In this document: piece after piece, positions 1-10,022 of the stretch
Position numbering within the stretch: position 1 is the stretch's first letter
How the letters are laid out: the number at the start of each line of letters is the position of its first letter
From: a bacterium
GTDB taxonomy: Bacteria > Zhuqueibacterota > Zhuqueibacteria > Oceanimicrobiales > Oceanimicrobiaceae
Direction of reading: 5' to 3'
Length of the DNA: 25,136 bases
Assembly (NCBI GenBank): GCA_046757525.1
Contig: JBHHYI010000050.1
Coordinates: 1 to 25,136, forward strand
Position numbers and translations under genes: made by a program
The notes under the pieces: generated by a model
What the model saw: only the letters and a program-made list of their open reading frames with translations
Told to the model about the DNA's origin: nothing
Database searches by the model: none

Positions 1-117
1 ATCGTGCAGATTTTACATAGCAGAACTGCATGTGTCGCCCTGCCACCTAATAGCTCAAATTCCGAACAAACCCGGCCCTTCTCGGACAAGCTCAGCAGCC
101 CCAAAAGCACTGTGCAA

Positions 118-216
118 GTCATCCCGAGTAGGTCACCGCTGTTCAGGTGCCGTATCGAGGGGTGACGGGCGTCGATACGTCTCGACCAAAAAGCGGTCGG
201 GACTACTCAGGACGAC
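118..216. repeat. Long imperfect inverted repeat, REP/REPIN-like doublet
   Basis: GTCATCCCGAGTAG (118-131) pairs with CTACTCAGGACGAC (203-216, 2 mismatches). ACCGCT (135-140) pairs with AGCGGT (192-197), and CGTATCGA (151-158) with TCGATACG (172-179). Confidence 0.65.
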
Positions 217-316
217 TACCTTTGTGCTCAAAGAAAAGCAACTGTCATTTTGCTTCAGAGGAGCATTTCATAGAAGTTGTACCGTAGGAATGAAACCAAA
301 GGCCGCACCGGTGACT

Positions 317-363
317 CGACGCTGAGCGTCGGGGAGGGCGTTCCCACGGAGACCGTGGGAACG
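317..363. repeat. REP-like double hairpin (GTTCCCACG...CGTGGGAAC type)
   Basis: CGACGCT-G-AGCGTCG (317-331), then a perfect 11-bp stem CGTTCCCACGG-AGA-CCGTGGGAACG (339-363). Resembles a repetitive extragenic palindrome layout recalled from other bacteria. Confidence 0.7.
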
Positions 364-732
364 AGAGAAAAGAGCCCCGCAATCCGGTGCAGCAGCATTG
401 CTTTAAACGTCGGAAACGTTGGCGTTTGTCTGAGATTCGTCAATTTATTGACAAAATAATTAAGGTCATAATGGTCGGAGCTTTTAATCATTTTGCCAAA
501 AAATTATTCTGCCTTTGAAAATGAGAACGTTTCTTAAAACCAGTGTGCACGCTTTGGGTGCTATTACATGAAAAAATCAGGCATCTGCCCGCGCAATCGC
601 GACGATTGCGTTACGTACAACAGAGCGTTTCCTAAAGGGTGGCCGGTATTTGAAGCGTGCAACGAAAAACCAGAGGGACGTTAGGATGCGTCCTGAAGAG
701 CCGAGTCAAGGTGCGCGAGGCCTGACATCCCT

Positions 733-779
733 CAGATTTTCGCTCTGAACGAGCGAAAATCTGTCTCCCTTCAAAGGGA
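733..779. repeat. Perfect 13-bp hairpin plus short adjacent hairpin (REP-like or terminator-like)
   Basis: CAGATTTTCGCTC-TGAAC-GAGCGAAAATCTG (733-763), then TCCCT-TCAA-AGGGA (766-779). About 115 bp downstream of the kinase stop codon. Confidence 0.55.
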
Positions 780-894
780 AAAATCGCCTGGGCAAAAACC
801 GGTGAAGGTTTGAGAAAGGAGCAAACGAGGAGGTAGGATGGCGGGGCACAAATGATCTGGTGGCAAACGGCAAAGAATCACCGCCACAAAAGAA

Positions 895-3800
895 TCAGTT
901 CATTTTATCCTCTTTAATCCATTTCTTCACGATGTCCAAAATGGACTGCGTTTCAAAGGGTTTGGCGATGTAGTCATCGCAACCGGCCACAAAAGTCTTC
1001 TCGCGATCGCCCTTCATGGCCTTCGCAGTCATCGCTACGATTGGGATGTGTTTGATCTTCTGTTTATCTTTGATGATCTTGGTTGCCTCGTATCCGTCCA
1101 TGCCGGGCATCATGATGTCCATCAGGATTAAGCTTGGCTTGAGCGACTCCGCTTGTTTTACGGCTTCCCGGCCGTCATCCGCCACGAAGACGTCATAACC
1201 GGCTTCCTCCAGAATGAACTGCATGGCGTATTGCGTATCTTTGTCGTCATCGACCAACAGGATTTTTTCTCGTGGTTTTCCGTCCGAAGCCTTTTTCTTG
1301 CCCTTGGAGTTACTCCTTTTGTTCTCCTTGCGCTTAAATTGCAAAAACCTGGGCAAATCTAACAAGACCTTTTTCTTTTTGGGTTTGGATTCGAGATTCC
1401 TCAAAAAATCAACCAGCCTGAGTGGCTCAAATGGTTTAACAAAATACTCGGCTGCTCCCAATTCAAGAGCTCTTTCTTTTTCTGCCAATATTGAAGCAAT
1501 GATGACCGGAATGTTCTGAAGCTCTCCATCTTTTTTCAAATCGCCGAGAATGTCCCAACCGTTCTTGTTGGGCATGAGAATGTCCAGCGTAATTGCGAAT
1601 GGCTTGTAGGTGCGTGCCAATTGGAGGACATCCTCCCCGTTTTGCGGAAAAAGGATTTGATAGTTGTGTTGGTGCAAATACTGCCGCATGATGTAGATGA
1701 CCTCTTTCTCATCGTCGATCACTAAGACCAGTTTCTTCTCTTGGTTCAACCGGTCACGGTCATCGACAACTTCGATTTCAACTTTGGGTAGCAGCTTTTG
1801 GGAAAATTGCTCGTCCAAATCGATGACTTTAGCGCCGGCCATGTCAGCTTTTTGTTTGATGGGAATCAATAATGTAAAAGTGGACCCCTTTCCAATCTGG
1901 CTTTTCACAGAAACGGAGCCTCCTAAGATTTGTACCACCTTCTTGGTTATGGCCAGGCCTAAGCCCGTGCCGCCATACCTTCTGGAATCAGAACTGTCGA
2001 TTTGGTGGAACTCATTGAAGATTTCGTCGATGCGATTCTGAGGAATGCCAATACCCGTGTCGGAGACTTCTATGCTCAGTTCTGCAAGACTTTTCAAGCC
2101 GACTTTGACGGTAATGCCTCCGCGGCGCGTAAACTTGACAGCATTGCTCAACAGATTGATCACAGCTTTGGTGATCTTGTCCTGATCCGAATAGATTTCC
2201 TTCGGAACATCCAGCGCAAGTTTGTAGTCCAGCGTCAATCCCTTCTCATCGCATAATGGCCGGATGTGCTCGATGGTTTCTTCAATGACCGCTCCGATTG
2301 GCACGACGGAATACATGGGTTCGATCTTTCCGGCTTCGATCTTAGACAGGTCGAGTATATCGTTGATCAAATTGAGCAAGTTTTTGCCGCTTCTTTGAAT
2401 AATCTCGAGCTGTTTGATCTGTTCCTGGTTGAGATCTCCGGTCATGCCACGACTCAAAATATCTGACAGGGTGATGATGGCATTTAACGGCGTTCGCAGC
2501 TCATGGGAAACGTTGGCGAGGAATTCAGATTTTAACTTGTTGGCCTGTTCCAATTCGTTCGCTTTGTCGCCGACCTCCTGAAACAGGCGAGCATTCTCAA
2601 TGGCCAAGGCGGCGCGCTCTCCCAATTCCTGTGCCAATTGAAATTCCTCGGTGCGGTATTCTCGATTGGGATTCAATGAGAGATGAATCATCGCTCCGAT
2701 GATTCGTCCCCTAACCCGCAGCGGCAGGATTATTAGAGAAGAAATGATGAAATCGCGCACGATGAAATGAAACTGCGTTTCCTTAAAATCGTTCATTTCA
2801 TCGGGAAATGGGCGAGAGGCCAAAAGCGGTGTACCGTTGGCGACCACCTTCCCCACCAGGCCATCGCCAATGCGACACGGAAAATAGTCGTTTCCTTTGA
2901 GAAAGAGTTCAACCAGGATGGGATTCTCGTGAAAGGTGGATTGGGGCTTCAGGTATTCACTGCCCTCGTCCAGGAGGATCAAGCTGCAAAATTCGCCAAT
3001 CGCTTTGGCACCCTTGTTGACGATGGCTTCCAACACCTCCGTCATATTCAGACTTGAATGGAATATCTTGCTCATCTCGGCCAGAAGTCTCGCCCGCTTT
3101 TCGTTTTCCTTTTGCGCCTGGAACAAACGCGCGTTGTTGATTGCCAGGGCAGCCTTGTCCGCAAAAATCTCCAAATCGCGAATATTCTCAACCACTGGCT
3201 TTTTGCGGTCTTCGGGGTCGTCGACGCTGATGATACCAAGTATCTTGTCTTTGGTGCGAATGGGTACCAGCAGCGCATCCATGGAATCCCATTCATCTGA
3301 TTGTCGGGGGCCTAAATCTGAATAGACGGTGTACGGAGCTCTCCGCTCAATCAAATTCGCCTGATGACTCACAAAATAGGAGTTGCTGATTCTAAATTTT
3401 TCTCTTAAGTATTTTTCAGTGTGTTCAAATGGAATGTCTCCCCAATTCATCACCTCTTCGACCTGCGCCGGTTCTAAGCCCGCGGCTGCCACGGGGCGCG
3501 AAGTGCGCTTTTCATAATCTCTCAGCGAAATAATGACCTTGTGCCAACCCAGGGTTTGCACCGCTTCACAAATCTTGTTCAAAATGACGTCGATGTCAAC
3601 ATTGAGCCGGATCTCCTCACCAATCTCCAACAAGTTGCCCAGTTGCTTAACCTTTTGCCTGAGCTTGCTGGTTCTTTCCTCCACTTTGTTTTCTAAGTTT
3701 TTCGTATAATCCTTAAGCTCGTTTTGCAGCCTCTTGTACTCCGTAATATCCCGACCCACTGCCATGGCGCCAATGCGACGATTGTGGCTGTCGAACAATG

Positions 3801-5754
3801 GTTTGGCATACCAACTGCACAAGATGGACTCCCCATCAGCCGTCTTGATCGTCCCTTCGAAATCCTTGACTTCCACTTTAATGGCGCTGCCGTAGTCTTT
3901 CTCCAGACGTTTTAAGTCGTCAAAAAAGATGGGTAGATTTCTCTTGGTTAATTCTTCCGCCTGGAACTTCAGGCGTTTGATGCCAAAGTCGTTGATGAAC
4001 GTGCAATTGCCCTCATTGTCGACGACTAACAGAATATCAGACATCCCGGATATCAAGCTTTGATAGTAGGTCTTTGCCGACTCGAGCTCGCTGGTCTTGT
4101 TCATCAATTCTTCGGCGTAGTCCTTCAGGCTCGTTTCAAGCGTTTTTCTTCTGGTGATGTCTTTTTCGACCCACAAATAACTGGCAATCTGATTGCTATC
4201 CTCCCTGATGGGAACCACCGAGACCTCTCCGATAAACCTCGAACCATTCTTGCGCTTGGTTTCTAATTCGCCGTGCCAAATATGTCCGTTCTCGACCGTA
4301 GTCCAGATGGCCTTGTGCATGGCCTCACTGCGACGATTGTATTCCAACACAGAAGTGGTGAGGCCTATGATCTCTTCTCTTGTGCAACCAATCATGGTTT
4401 CGAATGCTCGGTTCACATAGTTGATCTTGCCTTCTAAATCTGTTATGAGAATCCCATCGGTGGAGTTTTCGATGCACTGTTGAAATATCTCAATATCGTT
4501 GGTTTTTTCTTTGACCAGATTCTCCAGCTCCAACTCAATTTTCTTGCGCTCCGTCAAGTTGGTCACCACCGCCTGGATGCCGACGTGTTGACCCCTTGCA
4601 TCTGTGATTGGTACGATGTTCATCAGAACCGGAAGATCTTGATTGTCATTTGTGCGTAATTCGACTTCGAATTGTCCGCTGTGCTCATGGTCCCGCTGGT
4701 CGATTCTAAGTGTTATTTTCTCATAGTTGGCTCGGTCAAAAAAGTTGGACAGGTGTAGACCAATCAATTCCTCCTTTGAATAGTTCACCATGTCGGCAAA
4801 AGCCTCGTTGCTAAAAATGACAGAGCTTTTTTTGTCCGTAACGAAGATGCCATCTGCCATCTTTTCAATCAACTCGCGATAAATCTTTTCGCTCTTCTCC
4901 AGCTTTTCGCGCGACCTTTCCAAAGATTCCCGCAGCTCGTTTTCAAACTTAAGCAGACGAATGTGCTCTGAGAAAAACGCGATTAGGAAAGACGTGAACA
5001 CAAAAAACTCCAAAACATGCCCGACATCGTAGATTACCTCGTCAAAAGAATTCCACAGCGCCAAATAGATGTTGGTGAACGTTCCAAACAGGCTTGCAAT
5101 CGCTATCCAAAAATAAAAGGTTACTTTAAGCTTTAGATACCGCCGAATCAACAACAGAAAAGCGACAAAGAAAACGGCAGCCCCGAGAAAATCCAAACTT
5201 TTTTTGACCATCGTGGTTTGTTCGTTAGCAAAAAAGACGGGCGGCAAAAAAAGGAGAACAGAGACCGTCACCAAAACGACAACGGCAATGGAACTGAGGT
5301 AGGTGTACCTGATCAAAGAGACGGAGGGTCGATTATTGAATTTGTTGACCGTCGACGCCCCAACCAGCAAGTAGAGGGCAAAAAACAGGCGAGCAGAGCT
5401 GTCAAAGCCCAGAGCGATATTTTTTGAAGCCGGCAACCAGGAGATATTGTGAAAGCCAGGAAAAGTGAAATTCTGCCACAGTTGAAAAACAACAAAGACT
5501 AAGAAACCCAGCCCTAAGAACAGATATTCCTGCTTGAATTGCAGATAAAATCGCCGCAGGTAAAGTAGGAACAAGCAAACCGCCAAGAACGCAACAAAAT
5601 ACTCGACCAGGCCGTGTCTTTCCGGGTGAAACTCCGAAGACTTTGCCAGATGCAGAAAGAACGGGATCAAGGCCGCCAGCACGACCACCAGCAACGCAGT
5701 TGCTATTAATCGAAATTTGGGTGCGGATGTTATCTCGTTGAAATCCATTTTCAA
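895..5754 (-). CDS. Multi-sensor hybrid histidine kinase (multi-TM MASE-like N-terminus, 3 PAS, 2 GAF, HisKA, HATPase, 2 receiver domains)
   Basis: About 8 hydrophobic helices in the first ~265 aa. PAS starts MADGIFVTD, STDGILITD and MSDILLVVD. GAF ends DKAALAINNARL and ERAALAIENARL. H-box ANVSHELRTPLN, N-box NLLSNAVKFT, G boxes DTGIGI and GGTGLGL. Receivers LVIDDE..TLDILMP..KP and LLVDDD..LMDIMMP..KP. The start may be the ATG at 5748. Confidence 0.95.
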   Translation of the reverse strand: MKMDFNEITSAPKFRLIATALLVVVLAALIPFFLHLAKSSEFHPERHGLVEYFVAFLAVCLFLLYLRRFYLQFKQEYLFLGLGFLVFVVFQLWQNFTFPGFHNISWLPASKNIALGFDSSARLFFALYLLVGASTVNKFNNRPSVSLIRYTYLSSIAVVVLVTVSVLLFLPPVFFANEQTTMVKKSLDFLGAAVFFVAFLLLIRRYLKLKVTFYFWIAIASLFGTFTNIYLALWNSFDEVIYDVGHVLEFFVFTSFLIAFFSEHIRLLKFENELRESLERSREKLEKSEKIYRELIEKMADGIFVTDKKSSVIFSNEAFADMVNYSKEELIGLHLSNFFDRANYEKITLRIDQRDHEHSGQFEVELRTNDNQDLPVLMNIVPITDARGQHVGIQAVVTNLTERKKIELELENLVKEKTNDIEIFQQCIENSTDGILITDLEGKINYVNRAFETMIGCTREEIIGLTTSVLEYNRRSEAMHKAIWTTVENGHIWHGELETKRKNGSRFIGEVSVVPIREDSNQIASYLWVEKDITRRKTLETSLKDYAEELMNKTSELESAKTYYQSLISGMSDILLVVDNEGNCTFINDFGIKRLKFQAEELTKRNLPIFFDDLKRLEKDYGSAIKVEVKDFEGTIKTADGESILCSWYAKPLFDSHNRRIGAMAVGRDITEYKRLQNELKDYTKNLENKVEERTSKLRQKVKQLGNLLEIGEEIRLNVDIDVILNKICEAVQTLGWHKVIISLRDYEKRTSRPVAAAGLEPAQVEEVMNWGDIPFEHTEKYLREKFRISNSYFVSHQANLIERRAPYTVYSDLGPRQSDEWDSMDALLVPIRTKDKILGIISVDDPEDRKKPVVENIRDLEIFADKAALAINNARLFQAQKENEKRARLLAEMSKIFHSSLNMTEVLEAIVNKGAKAIGEFCSLILLDEGSEYLKPQSTFHENPILVELFLKGNDYFPCRIGDGLVGKVVANGTPLLASRPFPDEMNDFKETQFHFIVRDFIISSLIILPLRVRGRIIGAMIHLSLNPNREYRTEEFQLAQELGERAALAIENARLFQEVGDKANELEQANKLKSEFLANVSHELRTPLNAIITLSDILSRGMTGDLNQEQIKQLEIIQRSGKNLLNLINDILDLSKIEAGKIEPMYSVVPIGAVIEETIEHIRPLCDEKGLTLDYKLALDVPKEIYSDQDKITKAVINLLSNAVKFTRRGGITVKVGLKSLAELSIEVSDTGIGIPQNRIDEIFNEFHQIDSSDSRRYGGTGLGLAITKKVVQILGGSVSVKSQIGKGSTFTLLIPIKQKADMAGAKVIDLDEQFSQKLLPKVEIEVVDDRDRLNQEKKLVLVIDDEKEVIYIMRQYLHQHNYQILFPQNGEDVLQLARTYKPFAITLDILMPNKNGWDILGDLKKDGELQNIPVIIASILAEKERALELGAAEYFVKPFEPLRLVDFLRNLESKPKKKKVLLDLPRFLQFKRKENKRSNSKGKKKASDGKPREKILLVDDDKDTQYAMQFILEEAGYDVFVADDGREAVKQAESLKPSLILMDIMMPGMDGYEATKIIKDKQKIKHIPIVAMTAKAMKGDREKTFVAGCDDYIAKPFETQSILDIVKKWIKEDKMN

Positions 5755-5868
5755 CCCCCCTTGGTAAAGAGAGTTAAGGACTAAACTGACACGCAGTTTT
5801 TACGCCACAAATCACAGCGCAGCCAAGCCAAAAACAGACCAGACAAAACCGCTGAGTTTACGTCCGGT

Positions 5869-6252
5869 CTATTTTCTGCTAACGCTGCCCCAGAACACTC
5901 TGCATCCCTTGACCAGCGCTGACAACACTGCGGTTATATCCAGCAAAGGGCGTTCGATGCGTTCCTGAATCATGGCCTCAAAATCGCGTAAATTTCTCGT
6001 GGTGTCTCGCACAGCGGTAATGCTGTCTTCCACCTTGACCATCTCCTTTTCTGCGGTTCTGACGATGGACCTCAGGTCCGACAAAATTTGCGTCACGTCA
6101 TGGGCGACCGGCGCAACTTGCAAGCGCACCATCTCTACCAGCTTGCGAAACTCGGCAACAGCGCTATTAACTTTTAGCATGGCTACGACGACAAACAACA
6201 TGATGATGAACATCAGCCCTGCAATTACAGCCAGGCTTATTGAGACAATCAT
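5869..6252 (-). CDS. DUF948 (YtxG-like) membrane-anchored helical protein
   Basis: N-terminal TM helix followed by an amphipathic coiled region; lies directly after a YtxH-like gene, the usual partner. Confidence 0.7.
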   Translation of the reverse strand: MIVSISLAVIAGLMFIIMLFVVVAMLKVNSAVAEFRKLVEMVRLQVAPVAHDVTQILSDLRSIVRTAEKEMVKVEDSITAVRDTTRNLRDFEAMIQERIERPLLDITAVLSALVKGCRVFWGSVSRK

Positions 6253-6312
6253 GCGTGTGCTCCCGGATTAGAATTCACTCCTGAGATGCCAGTGCGGTCC
6301 TGGCAATCGTTC

Positions 6313-6711
6313 CTATGATCGTTTCCCCTTGGCTGTCTTTTCTTCTTTGTAAGCACTCACTCCGGCGTCGATTGCCTCCTTGATTTTTTCCTTTTCTTTT
6401 CGAACGGCGCCTTTACCCTCTTCGATGATGCCCGAGGCTTTTCCTCTGATCTCGCCCACCGCAGTCTCCGCTTCTTTGCGTAGGCTCTCCAGCTTCTTTT
6501 TGGTTTCTTCCATGAGCGCTTCCGCCCTCTTTTCCGCAAGTTCTAATTTTGACTCGGCGTCATCGCGCAAGTCCAACGATCGCTTGCGCAGCTCTTCGCG
6601 AACTTCTTTGCCCGGTTTTGGTGCGTACAGAAGTGCAAGCACAGCGCCCACAATTCCTCCAAACAAAACGCCCTTAAAAAACTCCAGACCGCTATCTCCA
6701 CTGTCCGACAT
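6313..6711 (-). CDS. YtxH-like protein
   Basis: FFKGVLFGGIVGAVLALLYAPKPGKEVRE matches the YtxH GxxxG..LLxAPxxGxExR signature. AGGAGG RBS upstream. Confidence 0.88.
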   Translation of the reverse strand: MSDSGDSGLEFFKGVLFGGIVGAVLALLYAPKPGKEVREELRKRSLDLRDDAESKLELAEKRAEALMEETKKKLESLRKEAETAVGEIRGKASGIIEEGKGAVRKEKEKIKEAIDAGVSAYKEEKTAKGKRS

Positions 6712-6809
6712 AATCGCCTCCTTAATTCATTGAGTTAACGAATCCCGAATTCGGAAATTAAGATTCAACGACGCTCAACTCCCGCATCCGGAACGATTTT
6801 TTTCATCAG

Positions 6810-8840
<2,031 letters not shown>

Positions 8841-9238
8841 TTATTTACCAATAGATAAGCCTAACAAATACCGCATCAAAATACCCACCAGAAATGACAG
8901 TGAAAAGCTCAACAGCGTACCTAAAATAACATACTCAGCAAATTTGCGATCCGGACCTTCCTTGATTTCACCAAACCTCAGAATGCCCTTGGCAGCTAAA
9001 ATAAAACCTATGCCGTTGTAATTTCCTACCAAATAAAAGTTACAATGAGGGTTCGTTCCAACCAGCCAATAATTTTGCCAGCATTTGGCAATCCAGACTC
9101 GATCATCCTTTTGAAATTCTCGTCCTCTTCTTTCTTAATCATTTTCTTGGAAACTTGACCTATGAGCCATCCCGTACCCAACGTTGCAACTACATAGCCG
9201 AGTACCACTGTTGCAACTCTTAGAATATTGAACTTCAT
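8841..9238 (-). pseudogene. Frameshifted SatD-associated membrane protein (resembles the C-terminal half of DUF3307-containing proteins), split into ORFs 9026-9238 and 8841-9032
   Basis: The two ORFs join into one continuous motif: AGKIIGWLERTLIVTFI + LVGNYNGIGFILAAKGILRF..AEYVILGTLLSF. The minus strand reads TTT ATT TGG TAG; one extra T (plus-strand A run 9031-9033) gives TTT ATT TTG GTA and a 132-aa protein. Could be a sequencing error. Confidence 0.8.
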
Positions 9239-9321
9239 CGTTCGAAATTAAAACCCTTTTGTCTTTTAATCTACAATTACAAGCTTTTTGGGTTGTTAAT
9301 TATATTAAAGACCTATTTAGC

Positions 9322-9972
9322 TTATATTTCTGGGGTAGGCGCCATTTTAGTATTTGCAAGATATTCAAGGTAACGATTGACGTTTTTTTCCGTTTCCAAA
9401 TAAACCCGACCGTTGGTGGTGGCCAGGGCCTTATTGATATCTGCCTGCGTGACCTTGAGTTGATTGGCAACCCGTGTTTCGGTGTGTAGCTTCTTGTAAA
9501 GCATGACCTTTTGGTACTGTCGATCTGTCCAGGACTCCTTCAGAATTTGCAGAAGATGCAACGTTGAGTTCAGCAGAAGATCGCTGGCGGCATTCTTGGT
9601 AACAAATACAACATCCTGAGTATGGTTTTTGGCATGGGTCAAAGCCTCTCTGGAACGGTGAAAAACTTCCCCGTCCATCTCAACAGAGCGAGAGGCAATC
9701 TCGGTTTCTATAGCACCCTCACCAACACCAAATGAAATAGACACGGGATGCAAGGTTTCTTGAAAAAAGGTCACGACCTGATAACTTGGGACGATGTCGC
9801 GCAGAACGCCCTGCCATTCGTCTCCTAAAGTTATGGCGAATTCAGCGACGATGTGCTCCCGAAACTGGTCATTTGCACGGGCGATCGCCTCGATGATTTG
9901 CTTTTGCAAAACTTGCCTGTCAGGAAAATCGCGCGACTTTCGTATGTCGGCTGTGATTACGCAGAAATCCAA
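9322..9972 (-). CDS. SatD-family protein with C-terminal HTH
   Basis: VITADIRKSR, TLGDEWQG, SFGVGEG and MDGEVFHRSR motifs, then a WTDRQ..ETRVANQLKVTQADINKAL HTH-like segment. TTG start with GAGG upstream. Confidence 0.85.
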   Translation of the reverse strand: MDFCVITADIRKSRDFPDRQVLQKQIIEAIARANDQFREHIVAEFAITLGDEWQGVLRDIVPSYQVVTFFQETLHPVSISFGVGEGAIETEIASRSVEMDGEVFHRSREALTHAKNHTQDVVFVTKNAASDLLLNSTLHLLQILKESWTDRQYQKVMLYKKLHTETRVANQLKVTQADINKALATTNGRVYLETEKNVNRYLEYLANTKMAPTPEI

Positions 9973-10022
9973 TTTTTACTGACCTCGATAATTGCAGAAT
10001 CGTCTCATTCAAATTCCAACGT

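Noticed and set aside
448..472. TTGACA...CATAAT plus-strand promoter
   Set aside because: The spacer is only 13 nt and no plus-strand gene follows.
32..491. Short ORFs 32-325, 255-491 and 277-459
   Set aside because: They run through palindromic repeats, lack convincing RBS or motifs, and overlap each other.
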